Part shown: piece by piece, positions 63,167 to 64,000 of the stretch
Position numbering within the stretch: position 1 is the first letter of the stretch
How the letters are laid out: every line of letters begins with the position of its first letter
Assembly (NCBI GenBank): GCA_017937845.1
Contig: JAGBCV010000020.1
Location: 4,945-68,944, forward strand
Reading direction: 5' to 3'
Source of the DNA: Clostridia bacterium
Lineage (GTDB): Bacteria; Bacillota; Clostridia; Oscillospirales; CAG-272
DNA length: 64,000 nucleotides
Made by a program: the position numbers and the translations under genes
The notes under the pieces: generated by a model
What the model was told of the DNA's origin: nothing
The model's input: the letters and a program-made list of their open reading frames with translations, nothing else
Databases searched by the model: none

Positions 63167-63478
63167 TCATTTTTGAATGAGGCGGTCAAGTCCTGCCATT
63201 TTGAGCATTTTGACGGCGCGGGGAGAGGGATTGGCGACAGCGAGTCTGATGCCAAGCTCGCTCGCTTTGGCGAGTCTGCCCATGATAAGTCCAAGTCCCG
63301 AGCTATCCATAAAATCCACCCTGCCGATATCGATGACAAGGAGCTTGGGACGCTTGACAAATAATGCTTCGTCGATATGCGTACGAATGGCGATGGCGCT
63401 ATGATGGTCGATTTCGCCCGAAAGCGTTGCGGTTAAAATATCCTCCGCATAGGAAAGGGAAAGGTTTTCTTCGTTCAT
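63167..63478 (-). CDS. spoIIAA: Anti-sigma F factor antagonist (STAS)
   Basis: 103 aa. The DFMDSSGLGLI phosphorylatable-serine block. Confidence 0.9.
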   Translation of the reverse strand: MNEENLSLSYAEDILTATLSGEIDHHSAIAIRTHIDEALFVKRPKLLVIDIGRVDFMDSSGLGLIMGRLAKASELGIRLAVANPSPRAVKMLKMAGLDRLIQK

Positions 63479-63509
63479 GGTATACTTCCTTTCTTTTGTT
63501 TGCGTATAG

Positions 63510-63545
63510 AAAATGCTATCCTTGCTTTAAGGATAGCATTTTTTA
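63510..63545 (-). terminator. 12-bp hairpin between the LysR-type gene and spoIIAA
   Basis: AAAATGCTATCC-9 nt-GGATAGCATTTT, with a T-run on the plus strand and a short one on the minus strand. Confidence 0.5.
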
Positions 63546-63645
63546 TATGAAAATATTGTCGCAACGTGCGATTCCTTACTTTTTCTTTGAGAAAAGAAAA
63601 AGTGAACGCTTCACTGCGTTTCGTTGCCATAAACATGAGCCCTGT

Positions 63646-64000
63646 TTATTTCGCTTTATCAAAATACGCGATGTTGTTTTCCGCATAGGGCGTATCCAGA
63701 TATACATAATTAAATTCGCGGGCGATATTCCAATCCTGCACCCGAAATTCCGCAAGTTCGGGATTGCGTTCTCCGACGGCGCGGTATGCAAACGTGATGC
63801 CGATGCCTTTTTCCAAAAGTGCCGTTATCAGACCAAAATTGCTGACGGTCGTGATTTTGGAAAATTCGGTGACGGTATGGTTATGTTCAGCGAGTAATTG
63901 TTCCAAAATTTTTCTGGTGCCGCTTCCCGTTTCGCGGAGGATCAAATGCTCCTTAAAAATGTCATCCGGAGATACCGTTTGATTGGCAAACGGATGGTGA
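63646..64000 (-). CDS. LysR-family regulator, C-terminal substrate-binding part (5' end outside the window)
   Basis: The reading frame stays open to the window edge (..FANQTVSPDDIFKEHLILRETGSGTRKILEQLL..). The M at 63945 in the ORF track is an internal TTG codon. Confidence 0.7.
   Translation of the reverse strand, partial: HHPFANQTVSPDDIFKEHLILRETGSGTRKILEQLLAEHNHTVTEFSKITTVSNFGLITALLEKGIGITFAYRAVGERNPELAEFRVQDWNIAREFNYVYLDTPYAENNIAYFDKAK

Noticed and set aside
63546-63645. A sigma-H-type promoter for spoIIAA (AAGGAAT..N14..CAATAT on the minus strand)
   Set aside because: The match to the RNAGGAWWW/GAAT consensus is only partial. A 12-bp hairpin also lies between it and the gene. This is too weak to list as a feature without mapping the transcription start site.
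1-64000. CRISPR arrays, tRNA/rRNA genes, transposases, integrases and prophage genes
   Set aside because: No regularly spaced identical repeats, no cloverleaf-like or rRNA-like segments and no recombinase motifs were seen. The intergenic repeats are irregularly spaced and heterogeneous. A proper tRNAscan or Infernal run was not possible.

Overview
This 64-kb window looks like a chromosomal segment of a moderately GC-rich, spore-forming Firmicute, probably Clostridia and Oscillospiraceae-like. That placement rests on gene content, codon style and the intergenic hairpin repeats. All product calls come from reading the supplied ORF translations for family motifs, and no database search was run.

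Most of the window is housekeeping:
- A dcw division/cell-wall cluster, mraZ-rsmH-ftsL-PBP-murE-murF-mraY-ftsW-murG-ftsQ-ftsZ (33.6-46.4 kb, minus strand).
- A separate ylmE-sepF-divIVA-lspA-rluD block, followed by miaA, queA and ireB.
- lexA, lon-engB, scpA-scpB-ytfI-ytfJ-dac, rluB and prfB.
- cmk-plsC-ispH/rpsA, an ABC-F protein, deoB-cdd, and the spoIIAA-spoIIAB-sigF operon.

The accessory content is:
- A 4-gene MBOAT O-acyltransferase module with two LRR-fused DltD-like proteins (0.36-5.5 kb).
- One GH39 and two GH3 glycosidases.
- A lipoprotein trigger-factor-like PPIase.
- A DinJ/YoeB toxin-antitoxin pair.
- Two AT-rich islets (32.2-33.5 kb and 60.9-61.5 kb).

No rRNA, tRNA, CRISPR array, transposase or integrase was recognised.

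The structure least explained by the genes is intergenic:
1. The mraZ/GH3 divergent spacer holds a dense, helically phased array of GTGG-type boxes. It combines MraZ-type AAAGTGG direct repeats with about nine copies of TTTTCCACA, which is also a near-consensus DnaA box.
2. There are at least four families of structured intergenic repeats. Direct copies of two of them bracket accessory modules: the MBOAT operon and one GH3 gene.
3. A mosaic hairpin family keeps its stems while the stem sequence changes.

Long ORFs antisense to well-supported genes are common in the ORF track and were treated as artefacts.
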